Shown here piece by piece: positions 34,642 to 46,335 of a DNA stretch of 64,000 bases. Below the pieces are notes generated by a model. The model was given only the letters and a program-made list of their open reading frames with translations, did not search any database and was not told the origin of the DNA. A program made the translations under genes and the position numbers. Each line of letters starts with the position of its first letter. The first letter of the stretch is position 1. Source of the stretch: Prorocentrum cordatum (lineage: Eukaryota); the NCBI GenBank assembly GCA_963575745.1, contig CAUYUJ010000002.1, positions 744,001 to 808,000 of the forward strand. The letters are read 5' to 3'.

Positions 34642-35586
34642 TTCTAGAGCGGATGACCCCCCTGGCGGATCGGGCGGCATCCCCTCTTTCCAAACCGACC
34701 GGACTGGGCTCCTGGGGTTTGTGGAGGGGCAGCTTACCTCGCACACGCCGAGCAACCCCCGAGGGGTCGGCGAAGTGCATGCTCTGTTGCCAGAAGAGTG
34801 CCGGGGCAGGGCAATTCCTTTTCAAAACGGGGTTCTCTCTTGAGTGACACGCCCATGTGGCGTTGGTCTCCAGGGGGGGGGGGCTTCCCCGTAGTGAGAA
34901 GGACGACTTGTAGGGATTCCAGGAGAGGGATTTCGGGGAGGGATGGCGTTTTCCTTTGGTCCTCTCACCCTCATTATTCCTGAGCGTTCACGCTTTATTC
35001 TTCATCCTCCCCCCCCCTCCCTCCTTTTATGGCGCTGACCGTTCAGTGGGATCGGGGCTCTCCATCGTCTTTCTTCTCCTCCCTCCCTCCTTCCCCTGCG
35101 AGGGTGTGTGTGTGTTCGGAAGGTACCCCTGGCCCGCGGTGCCCCCAGCTTCTCACTCCGTTTTGGGGCCCCTGGGCCCTCTGGGCCTGGTGACGGGTGC
35201 TCTGGAGGCCGCAGGGGCCTCCTGGGAAATCCTTGGGGCACCTTGGGCCAGGGGCACTTCTAGCAACACTCAGAACCCGTGGTTGCTAAAACGGAGCTCC
35301 GGGAAATTGTTTTTATTTGTTTTCCGAGAAGCAGCCCGTTTATTATTTGGTGCGTTGAGTTTGATTCCAGAATTTGTTTGTTCCTTCAGGGAAGACCGTT
35401 TTGGCAGCCACGGATTTGCCAGCCCTCGCCCAGCTTCCAAAGCACCCGGGCGAGATGGTTGTGCGACCACATGCCACCCCCGCTGCTGGCGCGCTATGGC
35501 TGTTAGACAGCACTGGATTCCCCGATCCTCGGGGATCGAGGGCACGGCCGGGCAGCAGGAGCGTTGGCGCCCCCCCCTTTGCCGAA

Positions 35587-35621
<35 letters not shown>

Positions 35622-35624
35622 AAG

Positions 35625-35735
35625 GTACGAAGAGCCCGACGCCGCCAACATAGCGATGCAGAAGGCCACCAAGGCCGACCGCATGATGCTGATCCAGGCG
35701 TTCGTGCACATGGCGGACCTGGGGCACTGTGCCAG
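35625..35735 (+). CDS. PDE exon (YEEP...FVHMADLGHCAR)
   Basis: H.ADL motif; AAG|G acceptor matches phase 2; GC donor AG|GCCTG. Confidence 0.92.
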
Positions 35736-35989
35736 GCCTGTGGGGCTTTGCTGTTTTGTCACGTGTGCGGAGCTGCAATGTCAATGCCGCGTTTTCCTGT
35801 GGCTTTGCTGTGCTCCTGCTCGCAACGCACACCGCCAGAGGCGGCGGAGAGCTTAAGAGATCCACCTACCAAAATACCCAAGGCACTGTGCCAGGCCGCG
35901 GCGTCGGCGTGGCGCGTCCGTCGTTGTTCGACGTCGTGGTCGTCGGCGGCGCTCGTCGCTTGTCGTCGTCGCCGTCACGCCTCCTCGGC

Positions 35990-36110
35990 GGATTTTGGAC
36001 GAAGAACAGAAAGTATTCAAATAATGTTCCAAATAGTAAAAAAAGTGCTAGAAAAATCCTCGGATTACTGTTTGACTATTTTTGACTATAGAGGGACAGG
36101 CCCGACGTAA
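35990..36110. mobile_element. MITE family A, partial copy
   Basis: Ends GAGGGACAGGCCCGACGTAA; AT-rich body similar to 40190-40351. Confidence 0.65.
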
Positions 36111-36342
36111 CGCCAGGCAGACGGCGCGAGTCTGGGGCTGCCTGGTCAGCGGCAGCTGCGGGTCGCCGGAGACGGTCGAGCGGTGTGTTCTCGAGAGTCC
36201 GCGCTTGGCGGCGGGCCGCGACGACGAGGCGGGGTGGAGAGCGGGCGAGGAGGCATGCAGACCATTTGCCTCGCAGTCCTGTCTGGCCGTTGCGCCCCGC
36301 TCAGGTCCCCGAGCCCCCAGGTGCTGCGGCCCGACCCCACAC

Positions 36343-36678
36343 TGAAGTCGGGCCTGTCCCTCTACAGGGGGAGTATTCAAAAACAGTCTGGGGACGATGT
36401 TGTTTTTAACCATTTCTTAGGGGAACACACAATGACATAAACATGGTTTCTCGGATCCGCGCTGGACCCCTGGCGGCGCCTCCAGCGCCGCCCCTGGCGC
36501 GCTCCGCGCGCCAGGGAGGGGGGGCCCAGCGCCGATCCAGGAAATCCGCGCGGACCTCCGAGTTATTATGTTTATGTAATTGTTCGTTCCTTTATGTTTG
36601 AGTATATTTTGGATATTTGTTGGGTATGTTTTATTTGTCGTTCCAAAATGCGCCTGTAGGGGGGCATGCCCGACCTAA
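36343..36678. mobile_element. MITE family A copy with nested family B element
   Basis: TGAAGTCGGGC...GCCCGACCTAA; flanks CCCCACAC/CCCCAAAC (7/8 TSD). Confidence 0.8.
36435..36577. mobile_element. Foldback/MITE family B, copy 3 (nested)
   Basis: ACATAAACAT...ATGTTTATGT ends around the family B GC-rich core. Confidence 0.75.
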
Positions 36679-37121
36679 CCCCAAACCGACGAGCGGCCCC
36701 CCAAGTGCGCGCAGGTCCCGTCCGGGTCCTGGCACCCGCAAAGAACGCTCGGTGTTCGGTGCAAGCTGCTGCGTGGGGGGCAGAACTCGAGGGAACGAGC
36801 CAATAACCTCAGCAAGGCACTCGAGCGGGGAGGCGGTTGCCGACGACCCGTCGCCGCCAACAGAGGCCTCGGGCGCAAATTTGAAGTTGCGGGCTGGAAC
36901 CTCGTCGTCCCCTATTGCTGGGTTTTGGCGGGCCATCCCTCGAAAGAACGGGGCCTTTCGAGGCCTCGTCGAACAAACATCGTACGTGCAGGTCTGCGAG
37001 CAGCCCGCTTGTGAATGCCGAGTGGGCCGCGTGGCTTACGGTGGGAACCCATGCCAAGAAACGTTCCGATTGCCTCCAGGGTGCCGCTGGCTTTCTTGTG
37101 TGCCGATGGTTTCCCTGTGGA

Positions 37122-37266
37122 TCGGAGGCGACGATAGGGGAGAATAGCCCAGGGGGGAGCAATACACGTATCCAGGGGCGCCGATGGTACATGCCTTCGG
37201 TGAGGCTCCCGGGCGAATACGTGTAGCGCCCGCCCCTCGGCTATTCACCCCTATCGTCGCCCCCGA
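37122..37266. mobile_element. Foldback MITE family C (5-bp TSD)
   Basis: TCGGAGGCGACGATAGGGGAGAATAGCC / GGCTATTCACCCCTATCGTCGCCCCCGA inverted arms; GTGGA duplicated at 37117-37121 and 37267-37271. Confidence 0.85.
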
Positions 37267-38559
37267 GTGGAACGCGCGGCGTTCCCGCGCCGAACATCAG
37301 TGGACGTCCTGGGGTCTCGGGGCTGGGTGTCTCGTGGCAGGTTTCTTGTGGTCGAGGTCCTGCTGTGACGATCAAAATGGGGTGCCAGGCCGCCGAGCTC
37401 GTGGCGCGCCTGCACGACTCGCGCGGCCCCGTGGCCTTCCGCCTGTCAGGAAGGGAAAAAGCACACAGACACAATGAATCGTCGACTCCCAGAAAATATT
37501 CGAAAATATTGGGAATCCTGGGATTTGTGTGTATTCATTTGTGTGTCCCTGGGCTCCCTCAGCCTGGAGGCCAGGTAGGCCCGCACAAAAAGAGGTGTGT
37601 TCCTCCGGGGAGTGCTGCTGGGGCTCTGGGTGCTGGCCCTGCGCCACAAAAGGAGTGGGCCGTGTGATGGTTTTCGCATTCATTGTGTCTTGTCAATCGG
37701 CGCGGGCCCTCGCACCCCCCCTTCCCCCCTCCCGTTGTAGATCTTGGCTGTTTGGGGTGCCTGTTTCGAGCAGGTGGGGTCTCCCCCATAGGACGCACTG
37801 CTGCAGAGGTCTGGAGCCAGACCCCCCTCCTGCCTCCTCCCCCTTCCGCCCAATGTCGAAACGCCGACTCAGAAAACGTGCACCATCCACGGGCGTTTCC
37901 CATCCTCCAAGGCGTGCCCGCGTGCGATTGCCCACGAATGTGTGCAGGCAGGCAGATGTAAGTGGCAGTGCGCGAAGTGTCTCAGGTGCTAGACTGCGCC
38001 CTCTGCCGCTCACGATGTGAAGGAGTGCCGCGTCGAAGACCGGCCTCCTGGGTGTGTCAAGGCCTCCCTCTTCGCGGACACCCGCGATCTCGATGGTGCG
38101 AACTCTCGGCTAAGCTTGGGGCCCCCTGTTGGACAGGTTGGTTTGCAAGCGGTGCCCCCAGCATGCGACCAGCAAGCCCAATGGTGTCGGAGCGCCGCGT
38201 CTGGCCCGCGGCAAAGGTGACTGGAGGGTAAGCGAGGCTGCGCTGCACAGGAGGCGGAGGGCCCTCGGGGGGCTCCGCCCGACGTGCGGCGAGAGCGCCA
38301 TGGTCGACCTCGCTGACCTAGGCGAGCTTTTTTGCCGCAGACGCGCGCTCGCGGCCGTCGCCGATCACAGGTGGTGGGGCCTGGGGGCGCCAGAACTGCC
38401 CAGGGAGTGCACAGGACCTCCTCCTCTCCTTCTCCTCCTCCTCCTCCTCCTCCTCCTCCTCCTCCTCCTCCTCCTCCTCCTCCTCCTCCTCCTCGTCCTC
38501 CTAGTACCATCTTGGCTTAAGTCGCCGCCGCTGGGTGCCCGCGCTACCGCCGTCTTCCG

Positions 38560-39375
38560 ATGCCGGGTACTGTGGAGATGGAGGCCCGCCGCGCGATGGC
38601 GTCGCGCGAGGCCGTGCGCGGCGCGATCCTCGCGACGCACGCGGCGGCTGGGCTGTCGGGCGGCAGCCGCGAGCCGCAGCGCCTGACGCGGGCCGCCGAG
38701 GGCTTGCTGCGAGCCGCGCTGGCGGCCCTCGCAGCGCCGCCCAAGCCCCCCTCAGCCGCGCAGGCGCAGGAGGCACCCGCTGCTGCCCCTCGGCGGCGGC
38801 GGCGTCCTCGCGGGCGCGGCGGCGCGGCGGGCTCGGGCGTGCGCGCGATGGACGCCAACACGGACGAGCAGATGGTCGACGTCGGGGCGGAAAGGAGCGT
38901 GGCGATGGTGCCCGTCGCGTCTCCCGACCCGCTGCCGCCCGACGACTGGGCGGACGACCTACCTGTGGTACGGCGCGGACGTCTGGCGGGCGGCACAGGC
39001 TCGCGCGGCGGCAAGGACAAGAACGCGGGCAAGGGCGGCAAGAGCGGCGGCAAGTTCGACCACATGGAGGTGTGGCAGCTGCGCCAGCGCGTCACCCGCC
39101 TGCAGAAGAGCGCGGGCTTGCCCGCAGCAGTCGGCGGCCCCCCTTCGACCACGGCGTGCTGGTTGCGTTGGTTGTCGAGCTCGAGGAGCTGGCGGACGCA
39201 GCCAGCGGCGCAGGCGGCGGGGGTTCCGATGGCCGCGGCGTGCGCGGCAGGGGCTCCGGCGCGGCTCCGGGAGGCCGCGGGGGGAGCAGCGGGGGGGGGT
39301 GGTAGGCGGCCTCGCCGCTACGCGCGCAGGGCCCTCGCCCCTCCCCCCTCCCGCGGACATGGGCGGCAAGGGTAA
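38560..39375 (+). pseudogene. Ala-rich ORF behind a degenerate SL relic; possible retroelement ORF1 or retrocopy
   Basis: GTACCATCTTGGCTTAAG (38504-38521) resembles the SL 3' part; ORF MEARRAMASREAVRGAILATHAAAGL...; flanked by (CCT)n. No domain recognised. Confidence 0.35.
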
Positions 39376-40189
39376 GTCCGCCCACGTGCGAGCTCGACTT
39401 CTTCGTGTTCGCGGTCGGGGGGCCCTGGCGCCTCAGGTGGCGAAGCCAGGCCCCCCGCGCCCGCGCGCGCGGCCGCGCGCGGGCGCCTGCGCGGCCGACA
39501 GTCCGCGCAGAGGCGTGCGGATCTTCCTCGTCCTCCTCCTCTTGCCGAATTTTTGATGTGCATCTTGTGGGCGGAGCCTGGCGCCGCGAGAGCGGAGCAC
39601 CCCTCTCGGTGTGCTCCCCGCGGCGCTTCACTTCTTCAGACCTCCGTCCCCATCCTGGTTTGCTGTGCCAGCGTCAGCTCCGCGATCCCGCGGGTGGGAG
39701 CTGACGACCTTCTCTAGCATCCTGGCGGTCGTACGCGACCTCCCATTCGCCTGTGCACGCCATGCGCCTTTGTCTGCCAGCCAGCGTCTTATCCTCCTCC
39801 GTCCTTCCTTCCTTCCTTCCTTCGTTCCTTCCTCCTTCCTCCTCCTCCTCCTCCGCCTCCTCCGCCTCCTCCTCCTCTTCCCCCTCCTCAAGCCTCATTG
39901 GATCAGGCCCTCCGTCGCTAGACCGCGCGCCGCATCGGTCGCGCGCACGCCGCGGGTCCGATGCCGGCGACGACCGGAGGGCGCGGCTGCGCCATGGAAG
40001 CTTCGCGCGGGGCTTTCTTGGCCGCGCGCGCGCGCCGACGCTGCCCAGGCGCGAAGCGCAAGCTTGCCGCGATCTAGTGCTTAAAACATGCAGCGCGCCA
40101 ACTTTGGCAAAGCGCAAACGGATTAGGCCTGGCGGGCGCAGCAAGAAACCAAAGGCAAAGAGGCGCGAAACGAGCGCAGGGTCCCACGA

Positions 40190-40351
40190 GGAGGTCGGGC
40201 CTGTCCCCCTACAGGGGGATTTTGGACAACAGATTAAAGCATAGTCAACAAATGTTCCCCGAATGCCGCGAAATAGTTGAAAAAATCGTCTCCGTATTAC
40301 TCTTTAACTATATTTAAATATTCCTCCTCTGGAGGGACAGGCCCGACTTAA
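40190..40351. mobile_element. MITE family A copy
   Basis: Perfect 14-bp inverted repeat GTCGGGCCTGTCCC / GGGACAGGCCCGAC. Confidence 0.8.
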
Positions 40352-40379
40352 TCCATTTGGGGCGCGGCGAGGCGGCATG

Positions 40380-41617
40380 CAACAAACAGCAAGTCGCTCT
40401 GCGAGACCCGGGGGCCCCAATTGAGAAAAGATTCCGTGCATGGAGAGCATCGCCGGCGACGCTGGCTTGCGGCATGGCTGCAACGTGGCATATATCGCCG
40501 CAGTTGTTGACTCAACTGAAAAGTCGGGAACTGCATATGTTGCGGAAAGTATTCCGGCTACGGCGAAAGCCTGACGAGGGGGCCTCTTCGTACAATACCC
40601 GAACGGCAACACGAATCCGGCGTTGAGCATCAAAATACAAAGTTGCATTTGTTTATGAATAAGTTCTTCAAACCATCTTCAAAAAAACGTGGATGGAGAC
40701 GCACTTCAAACTCGACTGCGGGGATTCTCCGCTCAAGTGGGCTCGAATCTTCCGCACTTCGGAATGGCGGTAAATGGCGCAAGCCTGCCACCAGAAGCAA
40801 ACGCAGGAGACTCGGACTTCAACGTGCTTCCGCGGGCAGGCAGCCGCCCTTATGGGAGGCCCCTTTTGTTGCGGCTTGGGGGCTGCATTGGAGGTGCCCG
40901 CGCGATGCTCGCAAGGATTTGTCTTCGCGGTTGCAGAATTTTCCAGAATGTATCTCGAAATTGTCTGAAGCTTGGGCGATGCCATGGTTGAGAGCGGGCT
41001 CAAGCGATGCCCGGGGCAGCGCCGCATTCTACACAGTCAGACTTCCGACAAGCATTCCTGACATCCCATGTGCAATGTGCAATGGGAAACCCCAAAGGGG
41101 CAAATTGGGGAACAGGGTGCGCGAGACTACGGTTGCAGACTGACAATCAGCAGGTGGCGGAAATCTTCGCTGGGCGAAGCTTTTATGATGATGCGTATTT
41201 CCGGCCAGTCTGCGTGCGGATCGCACGTGCTCTCGATCAATGGCTGCGCCGGGGTCGCCGTCCCCGAGAGGACACGGCCCCAGTCGTCGAGTGGGGCCCG
41301 CGGTGCTACAATGCCCTCGCGGATCACGCTGCCAACGCGGCGCTCGACGGCGCTGGTGATTGGAGACGCGGAGACCCTGACATGATCGATGTCGCCCGGC
41401 GTGGACGTTCTTATCTGAGGGTCAGTTTCGACGGTGCTAGACGAGGAGATGGTATATGCGCTGCTGGAGTAGCAATCGTTTCGCACAAGCCAGCTGGTAG
41501 CGATGTGCACTTGGTGTATCGAGGCGGCAAACACTTGGGCAGTCTTCTGCATTTGCAGCAGAGCTTCCTGCGCTCGAGCGCGCAATCGACACTATCACGA
41601 AGTTCTGTCCTCTCTGA
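40380..41617 (+). mobile_element. 5'-truncated LINE 3' fragment with RNase H-like domain
   Basis: Post-RT-like segment ACGMAATWHIS..LKSRELHMLRKVF; RNase H motifs TDNQQV, EWGPRCYNALADHAAN, FDGARRG, (frameshift) AFAAELPALE; stop at 41615-41617. Confidence 0.7.
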
Positions 41618-41799
41618 TCCTCTGTCTTTGCATGCGTGCGTCGTTCGTCATCTGAGTGCCCAAAGGCAGCGGGCAGGTAGTGCGCGTGATAGCCACACAT
41701 CACGAAACTGGAAGGAAAGAAGAAAATACCTTTGAGCATGCGCTCGCCAGGCCGAAGACATCAGCTAAGGCTGGCGGCACCTCGGCGCTCCCCCAAATT

Positions 41800-42150
41800 C
41801 AGGAAGCGCCCGGTTCGGGCCGGTTCGGGCCAGTTCGGCGGCGGACCGGTTCGGTTGCAGCGGTTCGATTTCGGCGCCGGTCCGGTTTTGGTCGGTCCGG
41901 TTTTGCCAGTCCGGGTCGGTTCTGCCGGTTCGGTTCGGCGGTCGCGGGACGTTCCGGTTTTTCGGGGGCCGTTTTTGGGCCGGAGGAGGAGAAGGAGGAG
42001 GAGGAGTGAGGAGGAGGAGGAGGAGGAGGAGGAGGAGGAGGAGGAGGTTAGGAGGTTAGGAGGTGGGCGAGGAGCGAGGTGCCAGGAGCGCGGAGCGAGG
42101 AGGCTCGCGCGCCCATCGGCTCCGCGCCCGGCGAGGTGCCTCGCTGCAGT

Positions 42151-42218
<68 letters not shown>

Positions 42219-42963
42219 TCGTCGTCGTCGTCGCCGCCGTCGTCGTCGTCGTCGGGCGCCCCCGGACCTCTCGGCCCCTTCCCTCATGCCGCTCTTCCCC
42301 TCGTCTCCGCGGCCCCGGGGCCGGAAAACGCGGGCCTCCGGGGGCCCGGAGAGGAGGGCGGGGTTCGGCCGCCTGGAGCTGCTTTGCCGCCTGGAGGAGG
42401 AGGGAGGAGGAGGAGGAGGAGGAGGAGGAGGAGGAGGGAGGAGGGGGGGAGGAGGAGGGAGGAGGGGGTCCTCGCCCCCCCCCCCGCGCCCTGCTGCACC
42501 CCGAGGGGGGCGCCGGCGCCGGGGCGGGGGGGGGGGGGGGGGGGCCGGCACCGGGGGGGGGGTGCCGCCGGCACCGGGGGAGGGGGGGCCGGCACCAGGG
42601 GGGGGGGGTGCCGGCACCGGGGGGGGGGTGCGAGCACCGGGGGGGGGGGGGCCGGCACCGGGGAGGGGGGGCCGGGGGGGGGGCCGGCACGGGGGGGGGG
42701 GGGGCCGGCAACCGGGGGGGGGGGCCGGCACCGGGGGGGGGGGGTGCCGGGCTCTTCTGGGGCTTTCTTGGGCCGGTGGGGAGTCCCGGGGCCCGGTTCG
42801 GTTCCACCCGGTTCGGGCTTGCCGTTCGGGCCGGTTTCGACTGGCCGGTTCGGTTCGAACCGCCCGGTCCGGTTTCAGCCGGTCCGGTTCGGGCTCCGGT
42901 TCGGGCGGTTCGGTTGCAGGAGCCGCCGGTTCACGGTTACCAGTTCGGTTCGGACTCTTCTTG
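41800..42963. mobile_element. Non-autonomous DNA transposon-like element with GGTTCG subterminal repeats
   Basis: Ends CAGGAAG / CTTCTTG; CAAATT(CA) duplicated on both sides; CCGGTTCGG arrays at both ends; interior of microsatellites and a G-run minisatellite. Confidence 0.65.
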
Positions 42964-45629
42964 CAAATTCATAGAATAAAGCTCACCTGTCCTCCTTAGC
43001 TGATACCGGCGAGCTCTGACGTGGGACAGACTAGGAAGCGCAGCGCAAACAAAAGGTACACTGTGCAGGCGGCTCTAGGCGTGGGCGCGGAGAAAGCTTG
43101 CAAATTGTGTTGGATTGGCACAGGCTGTGCTGGCTGGCCATGCAGCTGAGTAAGAAAACAAAAACAATTCTCGGGCTGCTGCCCGTGTACTTTCGGTTCC
43201 TCAGAGGGGGCGGCCTTCACCGTATCATTTCCTAGGAGCGAGGGGCCCGTCACTGCGACCGCCATTGTGGCTCTTCGACCCCCTTCTCGACATCAGAACC
43301 TGCTGAGGCCAGCGCTCTGTAGACTGGCCTGCGTTGCGAATAAAAGCGTGCAGCGAAGCGTATCCCACCACCCAAGCTCGTCCAGTCCATCCCGCCAACC
43401 ACCCCAAGTGACAGTATAGGTTGGAATACGAGCAGAGAAAAGAATATAGTCACGGGCAGAATGGTGACGAGACAACACGGAACTTAGTGAACAGAATTGA
43501 TTGATGAAGTGCAGTTGCAAGTGGATATACAGCAGCAGGTATTGAGATAGCTCGATGTTATGGGACCACGCCCTATGGTAGGGTGGCCTGAACCTGTGCG
43601 CGCTTAAACGTAGCGGGAATTGGTGCACGACCGTGGCATGTTGCAAGCAAGCTCCCGCCCCCGACCATCCTCCATACACAGCCCGACCAACAACAGTAAA
43701 GGCATGAACGATGCAGCACACGAAAGAAGAGCAACGTAAGAGAGGACTGGCACATGTGATGCACTAAGTTAGCCTGGTTCTCAGTAGGCGGAAGAGGGAG
43801 ACTGTAGGCAACGCGCGCGGATTTTGATTGATCCACCCTTGAGTGGAGCCTGAAACTACACATGCTCGCTGAGGCTGGCGCTCTGTGGGGAAAGGTGGGA
43901 GGTGCCAGAGTACGGCGGCACATAGTAGGGTTGATGCCCCTCCGCCGAAGGCCAAACTGGCCACACAGATCCCGCAGCTACCAAGACCCACCCGACTCTG
44001 GCCATATCCTGTCGACCATGTCCAGAACATGCAGTTGGATGGGCGCTGCTTGATGGGACAACCGCGAGAGAGCTACAGTGTATGGTGTTGGCTGACGGCA
44101 GAGAAAAGGACGTCGCCATGGGCCTGGCTGCAACGTCTGGCTTCAACGTGCGAGATTTCGAAGCTGGATATCGAGGAGCAAAGAGGGTGATGAAGGATAA
44201 TATGTGGGCCTGAAACATATCGGTGTCAAACGCAGAGGCTACTGGAGGTAGAACTGTACCTGTTGCGGCCCGTCAGCAGGCAGCAGCGACGGGGAAGAAG
44301 AGGGCCGGGAGCAGGGGAGATGATACACCGAAGGAGGCGAGTGTCGAAGTCCTACGCCAGTCCCGCAATTGAGCGGGAAAGGCGAGAGGAGTAGGAAAGA
44401 CGAACGGTAGGACGATACCAGGAGGAGCCGTGGTACCAGAATACTAGGGGGTAGGAAAGGCGGGAGGGAGTGCCGTCAGAAATCCACGTTCTGTTGTAAG
44501 TGTAGTATTGGCGGCTGCTGTAGTGGATGTAGCGAGGTCGTAGACTGTGCAATCCTTGCCGCAGTGTTGCCCCATCTTTGGTAAGCAGGAGACTGGAGTA
44601 TGTGTGGCACGTCTGTCATCCCCAGTAGGCGCTGCCGTCCGCCTATAGTGTTGGGAACCTTGGTTTCGGTGTGGGTGGCGCCTTGTATTCAAGTGCTGGG
44701 AAGTTGGGGTTGGGCATGGTTGACGCTACGTGGTTGTTGTTGTCGTGGACGTATAGTTGTTCTAGGTGTTCCGTATGTGTTGGCATTTGGGCGGTTCCCG
44801 TTTATCCGTCTTGGAATTGCGTCGGAGGTGTTGTTGGTTGGAAATAGATCTGCTTTGTAGCGTACGTTTGAGGTGCCAGCCTTGATGTGGGCATTGCATT
44901 TGGCCAGCGCTAAGCCATTGCGGCTGGCAAACTCTGGGGAATCTGAGGCTAGGCGGCGGCGGGTGAATGTGTGGTGCTGGACTGCCGAGTCGTGATAAGG
45001 TTGGTCGTTGGTGCTGTCTGGTCTGGCGTATCAGTGTCTGCTGGCTGGGTGTTGCTGGCATGTTGGTGTTGGTTCCTCATCCTCCTCTTCCTCCTCCTCC
45101 CCGTGCCTCCTCCTCCTCCACCTCATCCTCTTCCTCCTCTTCCTCCGCCCCAGTAGCCGCGCAGGTGTTTTCGCGGTTGGGGAACAAAGACGGCACCAGG
45201 CATCGTGCGCCTTTTGTAATTATTGGGGCAGCGCGCCCAGGGCCGGCCCCGCGGCCGCGGGTCGTGCTGGGTTGCGGCGCGAAGAAGCCACAATTGGCCC
45301 CCCCCCCCGGTTTCCTCCTCCTCCTCTTCCTCCGCCTCCTCCTCCTGTTCCTCGTCATCATCACCACCATCACCAGTGCCATCCTCATCACCATCATCAT
45401 CAGCAGCAGCATCAGCATCAGCATCCTATTTACGAGCACCATCATCCCAACTATCATCATCCGAGGGAGGGCGAAAAGGACGAGGAGGGCAGTGCGCCAT
45501 GTTTTGGCGTCGTCGTCGCCGTCTTATGCTATTCGTCGGTATTGTCGTCGTCGTCGTCGTCGCAGGAAAGGGGAGGACGTAGGAGGATGGAGGATACGGG
45601 AGGAGGATGGGCGTGGGTCGCCGCGCAAG

Positions 45630-45744
45630 GCCATGGGACATCCACAAGCACTTGGTGGCGGGCCTCGAAACCGAGTTTTTCTCGCAGGGCGATAAGGAGA
45701 GGGAACTCGGTTTGCCCGTCATGCCGCTGATGGATCGGACGAGG
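45630..45744 (+). CDS. PDE exon (PWDIHKHLVAGLETEFFSQGDKERELGLPVMPLMDRTR)
   Basis: EFF.QGD.E..LG motif; AAG|G acceptor in phase 2; the frame of the next exon requires a GA donor (AGG|GACAGT). Confidence 0.93.
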
Positions 45745-46190
45745 GACAGTTTCCTCATCGACATCCGCCTCATCGTCCTCCTTGTCCTCTCCCTCTTTCT
45801 TCCTCCACATCCTCATCCTCCGTTTTGCCTCTTCCCCCCCCCCCCCCGTCCTGCATCACCACCATCACTTCTTCCTTGTTCCTCATACCTCCCTCGTCCT
45901 TCCTGCATCACGACCCTCACCTCCTCCTCCCTCGTTCTTTCTTCTCTCTCATCCTCCTGCTCTTCTCCTCCTCCTCCTGTTCCTCTCCTCCTCATTCTGC
46001 CCCTGTCCTCTCCTCTCCTCTCCCTCCTCCTCCTCCTCATCCGTCCAGGCACACCTTCCAGGTGCCCCGATATGTTCCGCAGTCGTTCTGCGCCGCAGTC
46101 GTGTAGTAGCAGCCTTGGCCCCTCGAGATAGACAGAGCAAACAGAGTCGTGGGCTGTCGGTGGGTGCGCCTTTGGTATATCGTGTTGAGA

Positions 46191-46335
46191 CCTCACCGCA
46201 CGGTCTTGGGACCCTGGAGGCCCTTGTCGCCCGAGACAGCCTCGTAGAGGGACCCGGGTCCCAAAACCGTGCGGTGGTTCCGAATCCTCACCGACTCGCC
46301 ACGCGGTGTGGTCACCACACCGTCTGGGGGCTTCC
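46191..46335 (-). mobile_element. MITE-like family D, copy 1
   Basis: Reverse complement aligns by eye with 47831-47970 (CGGTGTGGTGACCACACCG core). Confidence 0.7.

Noticed and set aside
43000..45070. Possible decayed retroelement or gene on the minus strand
   Set aside because: Only a vague FEISHVEA motif and many stops; cannot be supported by eye.
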